The position numbers were made by a program, and so were the translations under genes. This document shows, in pieces, positions 8,965 to 17,751 of a stretch of DNA of 64,000 bases. Below the pieces are notes generated by a model, which searched no databases, was not told the origin of the DNA, and worked only from the letters and a program-made list of their open reading frames with translations. Origin of the DNA: Candidatus Latescibacterota bacterium (GTDB taxonomy: Bacteria > Latescibacterota > UBA2968); the NCBI GenBank assembly GCA_965204745.1, contig OZ242010.1, forward strand, positions 3,104,001 to 3,168,000, read 5' to 3'. The first letter of the stretch is position 1; every line of letters begins with the position of its first letter.

Positions 8965-10935
8965 TTGGCTCTTTCTCTTTCCCAACAAGCGATCCACGCG
9001 GCGCCTGAACCCAAGGCGGTATCGTGGCGGGCCGTGGTCGCGGGATTGCTGTTGATCGTGGCGTCTGACTACTACATCAACTGGTCCACGGTCATCTTGA
9101 GCGCGTCCAAGAACAACAAGGCCCTGTTTCCGATGGGCCTGTTTTTTCCGTTCGTGGTGCTCGTGGCGGTCAACCTGGTGCTCGAGCGGGCAAACCCGCA
9201 GTGGGTGCTGAATCGCGGTGAATTGTGCGTCGCCCTGGGCATGGGGCTGATTGGATCGCTGTTCCCGTTCTACGGATTGGCGTCTTACGTGGTCGGCGCC
9301 ATTGCCGCGCCCTATTATTTTGCCACCCCGGAAAATGGCTGGGCAGAATTGCTGCATCCCAACATGGTCTCCTGGCTGGTGATGAACAACGAAGACAGCG
9401 CGGTGACGTGGTTCTACGACGGACTCCCTGCCGGGCAGGGCATCCCCTGGCAAGCGTGGGCCGTGCCCGTGTTTTGGTGGATGACCTTTGTCGGCGCGGC
9501 AGCGTGCGTGGCCCTGTGCCTGATGGTGCTCTTGCGAAAACAGTGGGTCGAAAACGAACGCTTGGAATTTCCCCTGATGGAAGTGGGCCTGCGCGTGGCG
9601 AATTTGGGCGAACGCGAAGCGGGCACGCCAGCCTTGCTCGGGCAACGGCTTTTCCGAATCGCATTCTGGTTCGGGTTTTTCGCCGTGGTTTGGAACATCG
9701 TCTCGTTCTTTTTTCCCGTGATGCCGGGCCTGCCCACCACGCACACCGAGGGCGAGTGGTTTCTGTGGCTCGAGGGGGCCAAGCCCTTCTGGGTTCAAAT
9801 CAGCATCTACGTGGTGGGCTTTGCCTATTTCGCGCGCGTGGAAACCCTGTTCAGTTTCTGGCTGTTCTTTTTGTTCACCGAGATCGAAGTGGCGACGTTT
9901 GACCGGCTGGGCATTGCGGCCGGGCACGGCGGCGGCGAGGCCGTGCGGTCGCAGAATTTCGGGGTCCTGTGCGCCTATGTCATGTTCGGGCTGTGGATGG
10001 CGCGGGCGCATTTGAAAGCCGTGTTCCGCAAGGGCTTCAAGGGCGCGTCCGATGTGGATGACACCCGCGAGGCGATGTCCTACCGCGCGGCGATGATCGC
10101 GCTGGTGGCGGCCCTGCTGTACATGGTGGCGTGGTTGCACGCGGCGGGCATGGAAGTCCGCGTGGCTACGTTGTACTTGTTTTTTACGGTGATGGCCTAC
10201 ATTGGCATGGCGCGGTTCGCAGCAGAACTCGGCCTGCCCTACGGCGATATTGCCTACAATGCGATAACGTGGACGCCCCTCCACCTCATGGGCGGGCAAA
10301 CCGTGGCCGCCTCCACCTTGACGTGCCAAGGCTATCTGTGGGCCATGTTCGGGAAGACCCGCGGATTTCTGGGGCCGCCCATCGCGCAAATGCTGAAATT
10401 GACCACCCCATTCCGCGTCGAGCGCGGGCGCCTGTTCGGCGCGATTGTGCTGGCCGTGGTGGCGGGCGCGACGTTCGCGGTGCTGCACGCGATATCCATG
10501 GGCTATTCCTCGGGGGGGTTCAACCTGCGAGCCGCGTGGAATTTGTTGATAGGCCCGCAACGATCCTACGATATGGCCATCACTTGGATGCGAAACCCCG
10601 AGGCGCCAGACGTGGAGCGGATGCTGTTCATGGGATCCGGCGTGCTCATCACAGCCGTGCTCACCTATTTGAAATACCGCTTCGTCCGCCTGCCGCTCCA
10701 TCCGGTCGCGCTGATGCTGCAAGGCACGTATATGGCGCAAAAGACCGTGTTTTCGGTCTTTTTGATTTGGGCGTACAAATCCATTATCCTAAAGGTGGGC
10801 GGCGCACGCCTGTACAAAAAAGGGCAACCGTTTTTCATCGGCTTGCTCATCGGCTATGCCACAGCGACATTTTTAGCCTGCATCGTGGATAGCCTGTTCT
10901 TTTTTGGACACGGGCACTTGGTGCATGGGTTTTGA
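8965..10935 (+). CDS. DUF6785/DUF6784-like polytopic membrane protein
   Basis: QWVENERLEFPL, LPLHPVA, PFFIGLLIGY motifs; TTG start after GGAG. Confidence 0.7.
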   Translation: MALSLSQQAIHAAPEPKAVSWRAVVAGLLLIVASDYYINWSTVILSASKNNKALFPMGLFFPFVVLVAVNLVLERANPQWVLNRGELCVALGMGLIGSLFPFYGLASYVVGAIAAPYYFATPENGWAELLHPNMVSWLVMNNEDSAVTWFYDGLPAGQGIPWQAWAVPVFWWMTFVGAAACVALCLMVLLRKQWVENERLEFPLMEVGLRVANLGEREAGTPALLGQRLFRIAFWFGFFAVVWNIVSFFFPVMPGLPTTHTEGEWFLWLEGAKPFWVQISIYVVGFAYFARVETLFSFWLFFLFTEIEVATFDRLGIAAGHGGGEAVRSQNFGVLCAYVMFGLWMARAHLKAVFRKGFKGASDVDDTREAMSYRAAMIALVAALLYMVAWLHAAGMEVRVATLYLFFTVMAYIGMARFAAELGLPYGDIAYNAITWTPLHLMGGQTVAASTLTCQGYLWAMFGKTRGFLGPPIAQMLKLTTPFRVERGRLFGAIVLAVVAGATFAVLHAISMGYSSGGFNLRAAWNLLIGPQRSYDMAITWMRNPEAPDVERMLFMGSGVLITAVLTYLKYRFVRLPLHPVALMLQGTYMAQKTVFSVFLIWAYKSIILKVGGARLYKKGQPFFIGLLIGYATATFLACIVDSLFFFGHGHLVHGF

Positions 10936-11001
10936 ACAGGCGATTTAATTTTTCCGTGTCCGTTTTGTAACTTCGCACATTCGCCAAAAGGAGGCGCATT
11001 C

Positions 11002-11967
11002 ATGGTTGAAAACAGAACGCATGGCTTGACCGAGGGCGAGCGCGATCAGTATGCAAAGGACGGGTTTTTTATTCGTCCGAATGCGTTCAGCACCGATGAG
11101 ATCGATGCGTTGCGCGACCGAGTCGAAGACCTCGTCGAACTCATCGAGACCGCTGAGGTGTTGACGGAAAAACAGAAGCAGGTGATTTTGAAGCGCGATG
11201 TCAAAACCGATGCGACTTCTGGCCCTGCATCCTTGAACAGCATCTGGCGGTTGCACACGTTCAGCGCGTTGGTGCGATCCCATATCCGCGATCCGCGGCG
11301 GTTGGATGTGGTCGCAGAGTTCGTGGGGACGGACCTGTTCTGCCCAAACGACCTGTATTTCTTCAAACCCCCGGGCACGGGACGGCCTATTGCGTGGCAT
11401 CAGGATTCGTGGTATTTCCGAAATACGTACAGCAGCAGCATCGGCGACGCCATCCAACGCGCCACTATTGGAACTTGGTTGGCATTGGATGATGCGGATG
11501 AAGAGAACGGGTGTTTGTGGGTCATTCCCGGCAGCCACCGCTTGGGCGTGGTGGATCACAGCCAGGTCGAGAGCGATGACTATTTGCTGGAAAAAAGAGT
11601 GACCGTGTCGGACGAGATGGAAGCGCGCGCCGAGCCGGTGGAAGTGCCAAAAGGCGCGCTGGTGTTCTTCAACAACGCCCTGTTGCACCGCAGCACGCCC
11701 AACCGATCTAATCGGTTCCGCCGGGCCTACATCGTGCATTATATGAAAGCCACGATTCGGCATATCAAAAACAGGCGATGGGCCCCCGAAGGCACGCAGT
11801 GCTGGAGTACCCCTGAAATGTACATCTGCGGCCAACAATTTCCCGGATGCGTGCAGACGACGCCGGAGAAAGCGTGCATGGACTGGGACAAGGCTTTGGG
11901 ACGAACATTGACAGAACGAGAAATTCGGATTGCCGCGCAACATCGAGGAGACAGCCATGGCAGCTAG
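11002..11967 (+). CDS. PhyH family dioxygenase
   Basis: FFKPPG, AWHQD, WLALDDADEENGCLWVIPGSH, LHRS. Confidence 0.9.
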   Translation: MVENRTHGLTEGERDQYAKDGFFIRPNAFSTDEIDALRDRVEDLVELIETAEVLTEKQKQVILKRDVKTDATSGPASLNSIWRLHTFSALVRSHIRDPRRLDVVAEFVGTDLFCPNDLYFFKPPGTGRPIAWHQDSWYFRNTYSSSIGDAIQRATIGTWLALDDADEENGCLWVIPGSHRLGVVDHSQVESDDYLLEKRVTVSDEMEARAEPVEVPKGALVFFNNALLHRSTPNRSNRFRRAYIVHYMKATIRHIKNRRWAPEGTQCWSTPEMYICGQQFPGCVQTTPEKACMDWDKALGRTLTEREIRIAAQHRGDSHGS

Positions 11968-13429
11968 GCGGCCCAACATCCTGTACATCATGACCGACGA
12001 CCACGGCACCGGGGCATTGCGTTGCTACGGCAGTCGGATCAACCAAACCCCCAATCTGGACCGCATCGCCCACGGAGGCACGCGCCTGGACAAGTGTTAC
12101 GTCACCTACTCCCTGTGTTCGCCAAGCCGCGCATCCATCTTGACCGGGAAATACGCCCACCTGCACGGGCAGACGTCGATTGGCGGGAATATCTTCGACG
12201 GGTCCCAGCAAACCTTTCCCCAGTTGTTGCAGGCGGCGGGCTACCAGACCGCGATTGTCGGCAAGTGGCACTTGCACAGCATCCCGACCGGGTTTGACCA
12301 TTACAGCGTGATGTGGGGGCAAGGCGCGTATTTTGACCCGAAGTTCATCGAACCCAGCGCGCATGGCCCGGTGTGGAAAGAGAGCCGCGGGTATTCGACG
12401 GACTTGGTGGTTGACAAGTGCTTGGATTGGCTGGCGGGATGCGCGCTTGACAAACCCTTTCTGCTGTTGTGCCATTTCAAGTCGCCCCACTACAACTGGG
12501 AGCCGGACGAAAAGCACGAGGCGATGTTTCAGGACGAGACGATCCCGGAACCCGAGACCTTTGACCACGCGTTTGGAGACAGTCCGGTTCCGCCCGAGGC
12601 ATTGCAGGTCAAGCTGGAAACCGTGCATGAACAATGGAATATCACGCATTGGGACGAGATGCCCGCAGGGTTGTCGATAGCAGAGCAGAAACGCCGGAAC
12701 TACCAGTACTTCATCAAGGACTACCTGCGCTGTGTGGCATCCGTGGATGATAATGTCGGGCGGCTTTTGGATTATTTGGATGAGCGAGGGTTGACCGACA
12801 ATACGGTTGTGGTCTATACCTCTGACAATGGGATGTTTCAGGGCGAACACGGTTGGGTGGATAAGAAGATGATGTTCGAGGAGAGCCTGCGCGTTCCGTT
12901 TTTGATCCGGTATCCCGGTGAAATCGTAGCCGGGTCGCATGCGGATGCTCTGGCGATCAACCTCGACTACGCGCCGACATTGTTGGAGTACGCGGGGCAA
13001 TCCGTGCCGGCGGATATCCAAGGGCGGAGCCTGTTGCCCGTGCTGAGCGGGAACGCGCCAGCGGATTGGCGCACCGCGTTCTACTACCAGCATTTTGACA
13101 TCCACTCAGATGGCGAGTTGGCAAATTGCGGCGTCCGCACCGAGGAGTTCAAGTTGATCTGGTACAACCACAATTACGACCACTACCAACTGTTCGATTT
13201 GAAAAACGATCCCAGCGAGACGCGAGACGTATCCGAAGACCCCGAATACGCCTCAACCGCGCGCGACATGAAAGCCTTGCTGCAATCAGAACGCGCCAAG
13301 GCGGGCTTGACGGACGCGCTGGAAGATCGAATTTTCAACAGCGAAAACATCCCCCAAACCCGCAACCAGATGAACGCGCTGTTGGCGATGATAGACGCGA
13401 ATACCCGGAAGGCGGAAGGGAGACAGTGA
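11957..13429 (+). CDS. Sulfatase (formylglycine-dependent)
   Basis: PNILYIMTDD, CSPSR signature, GKWHL, SDNG..GEHG. Confidence 0.92.
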   Translation: MAARRPNILYIMTDDHGTGALRCYGSRINQTPNLDRIAHGGTRLDKCYVTYSLCSPSRASILTGKYAHLHGQTSIGGNIFDGSQQTFPQLLQAAGYQTAIVGKWHLHSIPTGFDHYSVMWGQGAYFDPKFIEPSAHGPVWKESRGYSTDLVVDKCLDWLAGCALDKPFLLLCHFKSPHYNWEPDEKHEAMFQDETIPEPETFDHAFGDSPVPPEALQVKLETVHEQWNITHWDEMPAGLSIAEQKRRNYQYFIKDYLRCVASVDDNVGRLLDYLDERGLTDNTVVVYTSDNGMFQGEHGWVDKKMMFEESLRVPFLIRYPGEIVAGSHADALAINLDYAPTLLEYAGQSVPADIQGRSLLPVLSGNAPADWRTAFYYQHFDIHSDGELANCGVRTEEFKLIWYNHNYDHYQLFDLKNDPSETRDVSEDPEYASTARDMKALLQSERAKAGLTDALEDRIFNSENIPQTRNQMNALLAMIDANTRKAEGRQ

Positions 13430-13447
13430 TGACGCAGATAAACCGAT

Positions 13448-14001
13448 AAGGCGTTTGGTCATTTGATGGCTTAGGTTGCTCTGATGGCATTGACCGAGGG
13501 GACCTATCCCCCGGCCCCTTTCCTACGAGGAAAGGGGAGTAAAGCTCCTTTGATGGCTTATATCTCTGGTTGCTCGGATGGCATTGACCGAGGGCATAAA
13601 GCGATTAAAAATCCCTCATCAATACCCTCGCAAAACCGCTCACCGTTCCCCCCTTCCTCGCAGGAAGGGGGGTTAGGGGGGTAGGTCCCGATATGGCGTT
13701 GACCGAGGGCATAAAGCGATTAAAAATCCCTCATCAATACCCTCGCAAAACCGCTCACAGTTCCCCCCTTCCTCACAGGAAGGGGGGTTAGGGGGGTAGG
13801 TCCCGATATGGCATTGACCGAGGGCATAAAGCGATTAAAAATCCCTCACACCATCCCTCGCAAAACCCATTCGCGTTCCCCCCTTCCTCAAAGGCACAGG
13901 CGTAGCCTACAACGAAGCGAAGCGAGTAACGGGGGTTAGGGGGGCAGGTCCCGATAAGGAGCGACTATTCCAGTTTCTCAAACCGAGAGCATATTCTGCG
14001 A
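13448..14001. repeat. MITE/REP cluster with three tandem ~115-bp units (13578, 13693, 13808), homologous to 43693-44121
   Basis: Units contain TTCCCCCTTCCTCGCAGGAAGGGGG hairpins; tail GATAAGGAGCGACT..TTTCTCAAACCGAGAGCATATTCTGCGATA is shared with 44006-44056. Confidence 0.85.
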
Positions 14002-14008
14002 TAAGGAG

Positions 14009-14983
14009 ATGACGATGCTCACCCCCAAGCAGTGCGAATCGTATCGGCGAGATGGCTACCTCTTGGCCCCTGACCTTTTCTCAAAAGACCGACTTCTGCC
14101 AGCCCTTGAAGTCGCAGAACAAAATGCTTATGGCAAATGCTTTGAAGCCTTTAATGCGGAATTGGACGCCGATCCAGAACTCGAGGAGACCTTGACCCGA
14201 CCGACGGGGCGGCGCAGCTTTGGCGGGCCTCGGGCGCGGTTTCACGACATTCCGACCGGTGTCGATGCCATTGATCGGATCATCGAACACGAACCGTTTT
14301 TAGACGCGCTAGCGCAACTCTTGGACACCCCGGACATGCACTACCACCACGGCTTTGTGTACGTCCGCAGCGGGCGTTTGGACCGAGGAACGCCCAAAGA
14401 GCCTTGGGCCGGCTTCCACATCGACTGGGCCAAACCCTTGCTCCCTCCGCATCCAGAATGGCAACGCTACGGTCATATCCAAGCCTGGGTTTATCTGACC
14501 GACAACGACGCGGATTGCGCCCCCGTGCGCGTGTTGCCCGGCGCGCATCGCAAAATGGGCGACCTCATCCGCGACCCAATCGGCACCGAGCACAACTCAT
14601 ATCGCTTTGCCGACATTCGCAATCTTCCGCACAAATTTGAACCGGTTACCGCAACCGGAAAAGCGGGCACCGTACTCTTTTACAGTTCGCACACCCCGCA
14701 TTCGCCACAGCCATTTGCCAACCCGCGCAAACAACGCGCCGTACTCTTTTTCGCAGTGGGACGCAGAGACACCAGCACTTGGACGCTCACGGAAAAGAGA
14801 GACATTCGAGAACGCCAACGCCTGCGCCCCTTCTTGACAAAAACCACAGCGCGAGTTCGCAGCCTCTTTGGCTGGCCCAAACCCGGCGACGCCTTTTACA
14901 CCTCGGAGGCCCTGCACCTCATTCAAAACGCCTATCCAGAAATGGACCTCAGTCCATATCACAAGGAAAGGATTGCCAAGTGA
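14009..14983 (+). CDS. PhyH family dioxygenase
   Basis: YRRDGYL, GFHID, PGAH, distal His. Confidence 0.8.
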   Translation: MTMLTPKQCESYRRDGYLLAPDLFSKDRLLPALEVAEQNAYGKCFEAFNAELDADPELEETLTRPTGRRSFGGPRARFHDIPTGVDAIDRIIEHEPFLDALAQLLDTPDMHYHHGFVYVRSGRLDRGTPKEPWAGFHIDWAKPLLPPHPEWQRYGHIQAWVYLTDNDADCAPVRVLPGAHRKMGDLIRDPIGTEHNSYRFADIRNLPHKFEPVTATGKAGTVLFYSSHTPHSPQPFANPRKQRAVLFFAVGRRDTSTWTLTEKRDIRERQRLRPFLTKTTARVRSLFGWPKPGDAFYTSEALHLIQNAYPEMDLSPYHKERIAK

Positions 14984-15070
14984 AAAATGCCAACCTCCGG
15001 TACAGACAAGTTCATCTAAATTTTCACACCTCGGAACACTGCCCAAATGTCGGCGGGAAGTTTGACGAGG
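14899..15070 (+). repeat. Left copy of 172-bp direct repeat (phyH 3' end + glycosidase 5' end)
   Basis: Matches 20818-20989 with 7 mismatches counted by eye. Confidence 0.95.
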
Positions 15071-15222
15071 CGTGGGATTTTTCAGAAGGGTTGGCGCCTG
15101 TGAAAATCGGTGGCAAGTGGGGGTTTGGATGGGTTGAAGGTGGCAAGTATGGGTTTATCAACCGAGCGGGTGATGTCGTTATCAATCCGCAATTTGACTC
15201 TGCGGGGTCTTTTTCCAAATGA
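14980..15222 (+). pseudogene. Chimeric ORF: first ~29 codons of the GH151-like gene fused in frame to WG-repeat fragments
   Basis: MKNANLRYRQVHLNFHTSEHCPNVGGKFDE|AWDFSEGLAPVKIGGKWGF...GKYGFINRAGDVVINPQFDSAGSFSK*. Confidence 0.75.
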
Positions 15223-15234
15223 TCGCGGGTTTCT

Positions 15235-15260
15235 GGGCGACGCCTATTCTAAAGTCGCCC
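15235..15260. repeat. Palindromic cassette-boundary motif, copy 1
   Basis: GGGCGAC-GCCTATTCTAAA-GTCGCCC. Confidence 0.9.
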
Positions 15261-15525
15261 CTATTTTTAAGAAAGGAGTGGGTGTGGCGGAAAAGCAGAA
15301 GGATTTGAGGTCTGATATAAAATTAGACCAGTGGAAAAAAGTTGTTGATTTTTATGATTTATGCAACAATATTTTCTTTATCGCACTTGCTTTTGTTTTT
15401 GGACTCAGTAAAGCATCAGGTTGGTCAGTGTTATGGACGGGATGGACTCCTGAGATAGTGGGTAAAGATTGGGAGGAATTGGTAGCATTTGTAGGGTATT
15501 GGTTTGGTGTTTCTCATTTTGGAGG

Positions 15526-16987
15526 AGATGTCGTGTATTTGATGTTTCGTTGACTATTGTTAAACATTGTTGGCTATGCTTGATTGGAAGGAGGTGGGCT
15601 TTGTTGCCCTATTGGAGCAGTTACGTAGCCGGGAAGAGTCGTGCGTTGTGGTTGCCTGGCGATTCGTCGTTGGCGGTGTTAGAGGGCTGGCAGAGCAAGA
15701 CGGGTGCGGCGTCGTGGTTTTCTGTGGCGCAGAGCATGGTGCGGAAGCACCGTGCGAAAAGTCTGTTCTGTCCTTTTGCCATCGGTTCTCTCGTTAGCAC
15801 GGCGAGCAACAAAGCCCTTGTGACGAAGGCGCGGAAGGTGCGTATCTCTCTGTCGGCTGATCAGCGTGCGCTGGTGAAGCATTGGATGGCTGGCAGTCGG
15901 TGGTGGTATAACAAGGCCGTCGAGCTGTACCGTGCAGGCTTCAAAGTGTCGGAGTATGACCTGCGTCGTATTGTCCGTGCGGTCAGTCCCAAGTGGTTTG
16001 CGGATGTTCCGAGCAAGATTCTGTGCGGTGCGATAGCCGATGCTCACCGGGCCAATCAAGCCGTATGGCGTAAGCGAAAGACAGGAGAAAAAGCAGCGTT
16101 GCATTATCGTAGCCGTAAGAATCCTATTCAATCCTTGTCGTTGTGCAATGTGGCGTGGAACAAGGATCGGTCAACGATCTATCCACTCAGTCTGGGACAA
16201 ATCCGCTTATCCCGCCCGGTTCCGGAAGCCCCGAAGGATGGGCGGCTTGTTGTTCATCAGGGCCGGTACTATGTGACCGTGCCCTATTCGAGTCCACGGC
16301 GCGTAGCCGAGAGCCAAGGGCGCGTCGTGGCACTCGATCCTGGTATTCGTCGTTTCTTGACGTTCTATTCTGAAACGGATTGTGGTAAAATTGGCGAAGG
16401 TGATTTTGGTCGCATCCAGCGGTTGTGTGCTCACCTGGATAGTTTGATTGGTCGTATGGTGAAAGCGTGCGGCTTTCTCAAGGTGCGCCTGAAGCGCGCC
16501 ATCGAGCGCCTGCGCTGGCGCATCCGCGACCTCATCGATGAACTTCACAAGCAGGCCGCACGCTGGCTTGTGGACAACTACGATGTCATCCTACTGCCGA
16601 CCTTCGAGACGAGCAAGATGGTGCAACGCGGCAAGCGTCGCCTTCGCCGCAAGTCTGTCCGCTCAATGTTGACTTTCGCCCATTATCGCTTCAAGCAATT
16701 CCTCAAGCACAAGGCTTTCGAGACCGGCAAGTTGGTCTTAGATGTGAATGAGGCATACACGTCCAAAACAGTCAGTTGGACAGGCGAGATTGTGAAGAAC
16801 TTGGGCGGAGCGAAAGTCATCCGTAGCAGAATGGATGGCCATACCATGGATCGAGATATCAATGGCGCACGGGGTATTTTTCTCCGTGCTTTGGGCGATA
16901 CACCCAAGTTGCGTGATTGCCTGGCGTAACTTGCACTGGTTGAACCACTATTGAAAGGTCAATAATGGTCAACAGAAAGGTATCAGG
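15526..16987 (+). mobile_element. Non-autonomous IS607-family element (tnpA largely deleted, tnpB intact)
   Basis: Left junction GAGG|AGAT and right end TCAACAGAAAGGTATCAGG are shared with the element at 30257-32046; tnpA remnant at 15567-15797. Confidence 0.8.
15601..16929 (+). CDS. tnpB: TnpB RNA-guided nuclease (IS607 type)
   Basis: RuvC motifs VVALDPG, NEAYTSKT, DRDINGARGI; TTG start 15601 after AGGAGG (inferred). Confidence 0.88.
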   Translation: MLPYWSSYVAGKSRALWLPGDSSLAVLEGWQSKTGAASWFSVAQSMVRKHRAKSLFCPFAIGSLVSTASNKALVTKARKVRISLSADQRALVKHWMAGSRWWYNKAVELYRAGFKVSEYDLRRIVRAVSPKWFADVPSKILCGAIADAHRANQAVWRKRKTGEKAALHYRSRKNPIQSLSLCNVAWNKDRSTIYPLSLGQIRLSRPVPEAPKDGRLVVHQGRYYVTVPYSSPRRVAESQGRVVALDPGIRRFLTFYSETDCGKIGEGDFGRIQRLCAHLDSLIGRMVKACGFLKVRLKRAIERLRWRIRDLIDELHKQAARWLVDNYDVILLPTFETSKMVQRGKRRLRRKSVRSMLTFAHYRFKQFLKHKAFETGKLVLDVNEAYTSKTVSWTGEIVKNLGGAKVIRSRMDGHTMDRDINGARGIFLRALGDTPKLRDCLA

Positions 16988-17188
16988 TGGAATTATGTAT
17001 TTTTTTGACTTCTTGTCTAACCGGCGAGAAAACCGTGTAGAGAGACTGCGCGAAGAGGCGCGAGAGGCGGAGCGTCAGGATTTGCGACGGGGGTTGGAGA
17101 AGGAGTTTGCGGGTGATCAGGGAGGTATGGAAAAGATCGAGAAGGTTTTTAATGGACGTTAACAGGTTGTAATGATGTGTATTTAGAG

Positions 17189-17237
17189 AATATCCTCTCA
17201 GGTGGGTTTTCTGTTGTCCATCTGGGGGGTATTTTTT
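17189..17237 (+). terminator. Probable intrinsic terminator after cassette A
   Basis: AATATCCTCTCAGGTGGG...TCCATCTGGGGGGTATT stem plus T run. Confidence 0.55.
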
Positions 17238-17257
17238 AATAGGGGATTATTCCTGGT

Positions 17258-17374
17258 TTTGGAGAAGAAGCCTTGGCGCGGGTGAAAATCGGTGCCATCT
17301 TTGGGCATATCAACCCGAAAGACGAGATCATTATCAACCCCCAATTTGACGATGCGGGGGATTTTTCCAAATGA
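17258..17374 (+). pseudogene. Start-less WG-repeat fragment
   Basis: FGEEALARVKIGAIFGHINPKDEIIINPQFDDAGDFSK*; in-frame TAG at 17240 and no start codon. Confidence 0.7.
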
Positions 17375-17386
17375 TCGCGGGTTTCT

Positions 17387-17412
17387 GGGCGACGCCTATT
17401 CTAAAGTCGCCC
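17387..17412. repeat. Palindromic cassette-boundary motif, copy 2
   Basis: Identical to copy 1. Confidence 0.9.
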
Positions 17413-17751
17413 ACAATTTCACAGGATTAGGGAGATATTTTTATGGCAATAACGACAAGAGGGAGTAAGATCGAATTTGATAGGGCTATCGGAGAAGTGA
17501 AAAATGACGAGTCTCTGTATATTGCCCAAGAGAAATCCGCTGAGTCAGGTTTTGATGGATATAGACTTGTGCATAAGGATTATGATAGGAAGTCTGATGG
17601 TTTGTTGTTTCTCACTGATGGCAAGAATTTTAGGACATGGGTCAATGATCCTAGTGAAGTGGAGTTGTTGGTGTATGAGATGTTTATGAGGGATAATAGA
17701 GAAATTATTAGAACTCCACAGATTAGCATCCCTTCAAAGACTATTCCTGTT

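Larger units (their letters stand above)
15284..17162 (+). pseudogene. Small membrane protein (cassette A) interrupted by IS607 element
   Basis: AAGGAG-GTG 15284; removing 15526-16987 joins ..VSHFGG to GIMYFFDFLSNRRE.. in frame up to TAA 17162. Confidence 0.7.

Noticed and set aside
8668-10740. Long antisense ORFs (also 385-1578, 11765-13105, 25060-26205, 33237-34475)
   Set aside because: Shadow ORFs of GC-rich genes on the opposite strand; no motifs.
13484-13684. Near-identical small ORFs here and at 43801-43992
   Set aside because: They are translations of the repeat element, with no coding evidence.
13578-13955. Tandem 115-bp units as CRISPR
   Set aside because: The whole unit repeats with no unique spacers; it is a REP/MITE amplification.
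15526-16987. IStron (group I intron + IS607), since excision restores the host ORF
   Set aside because: Only ~75 bp separate the left end from tnpB, leaving no room for a ribozyme core.
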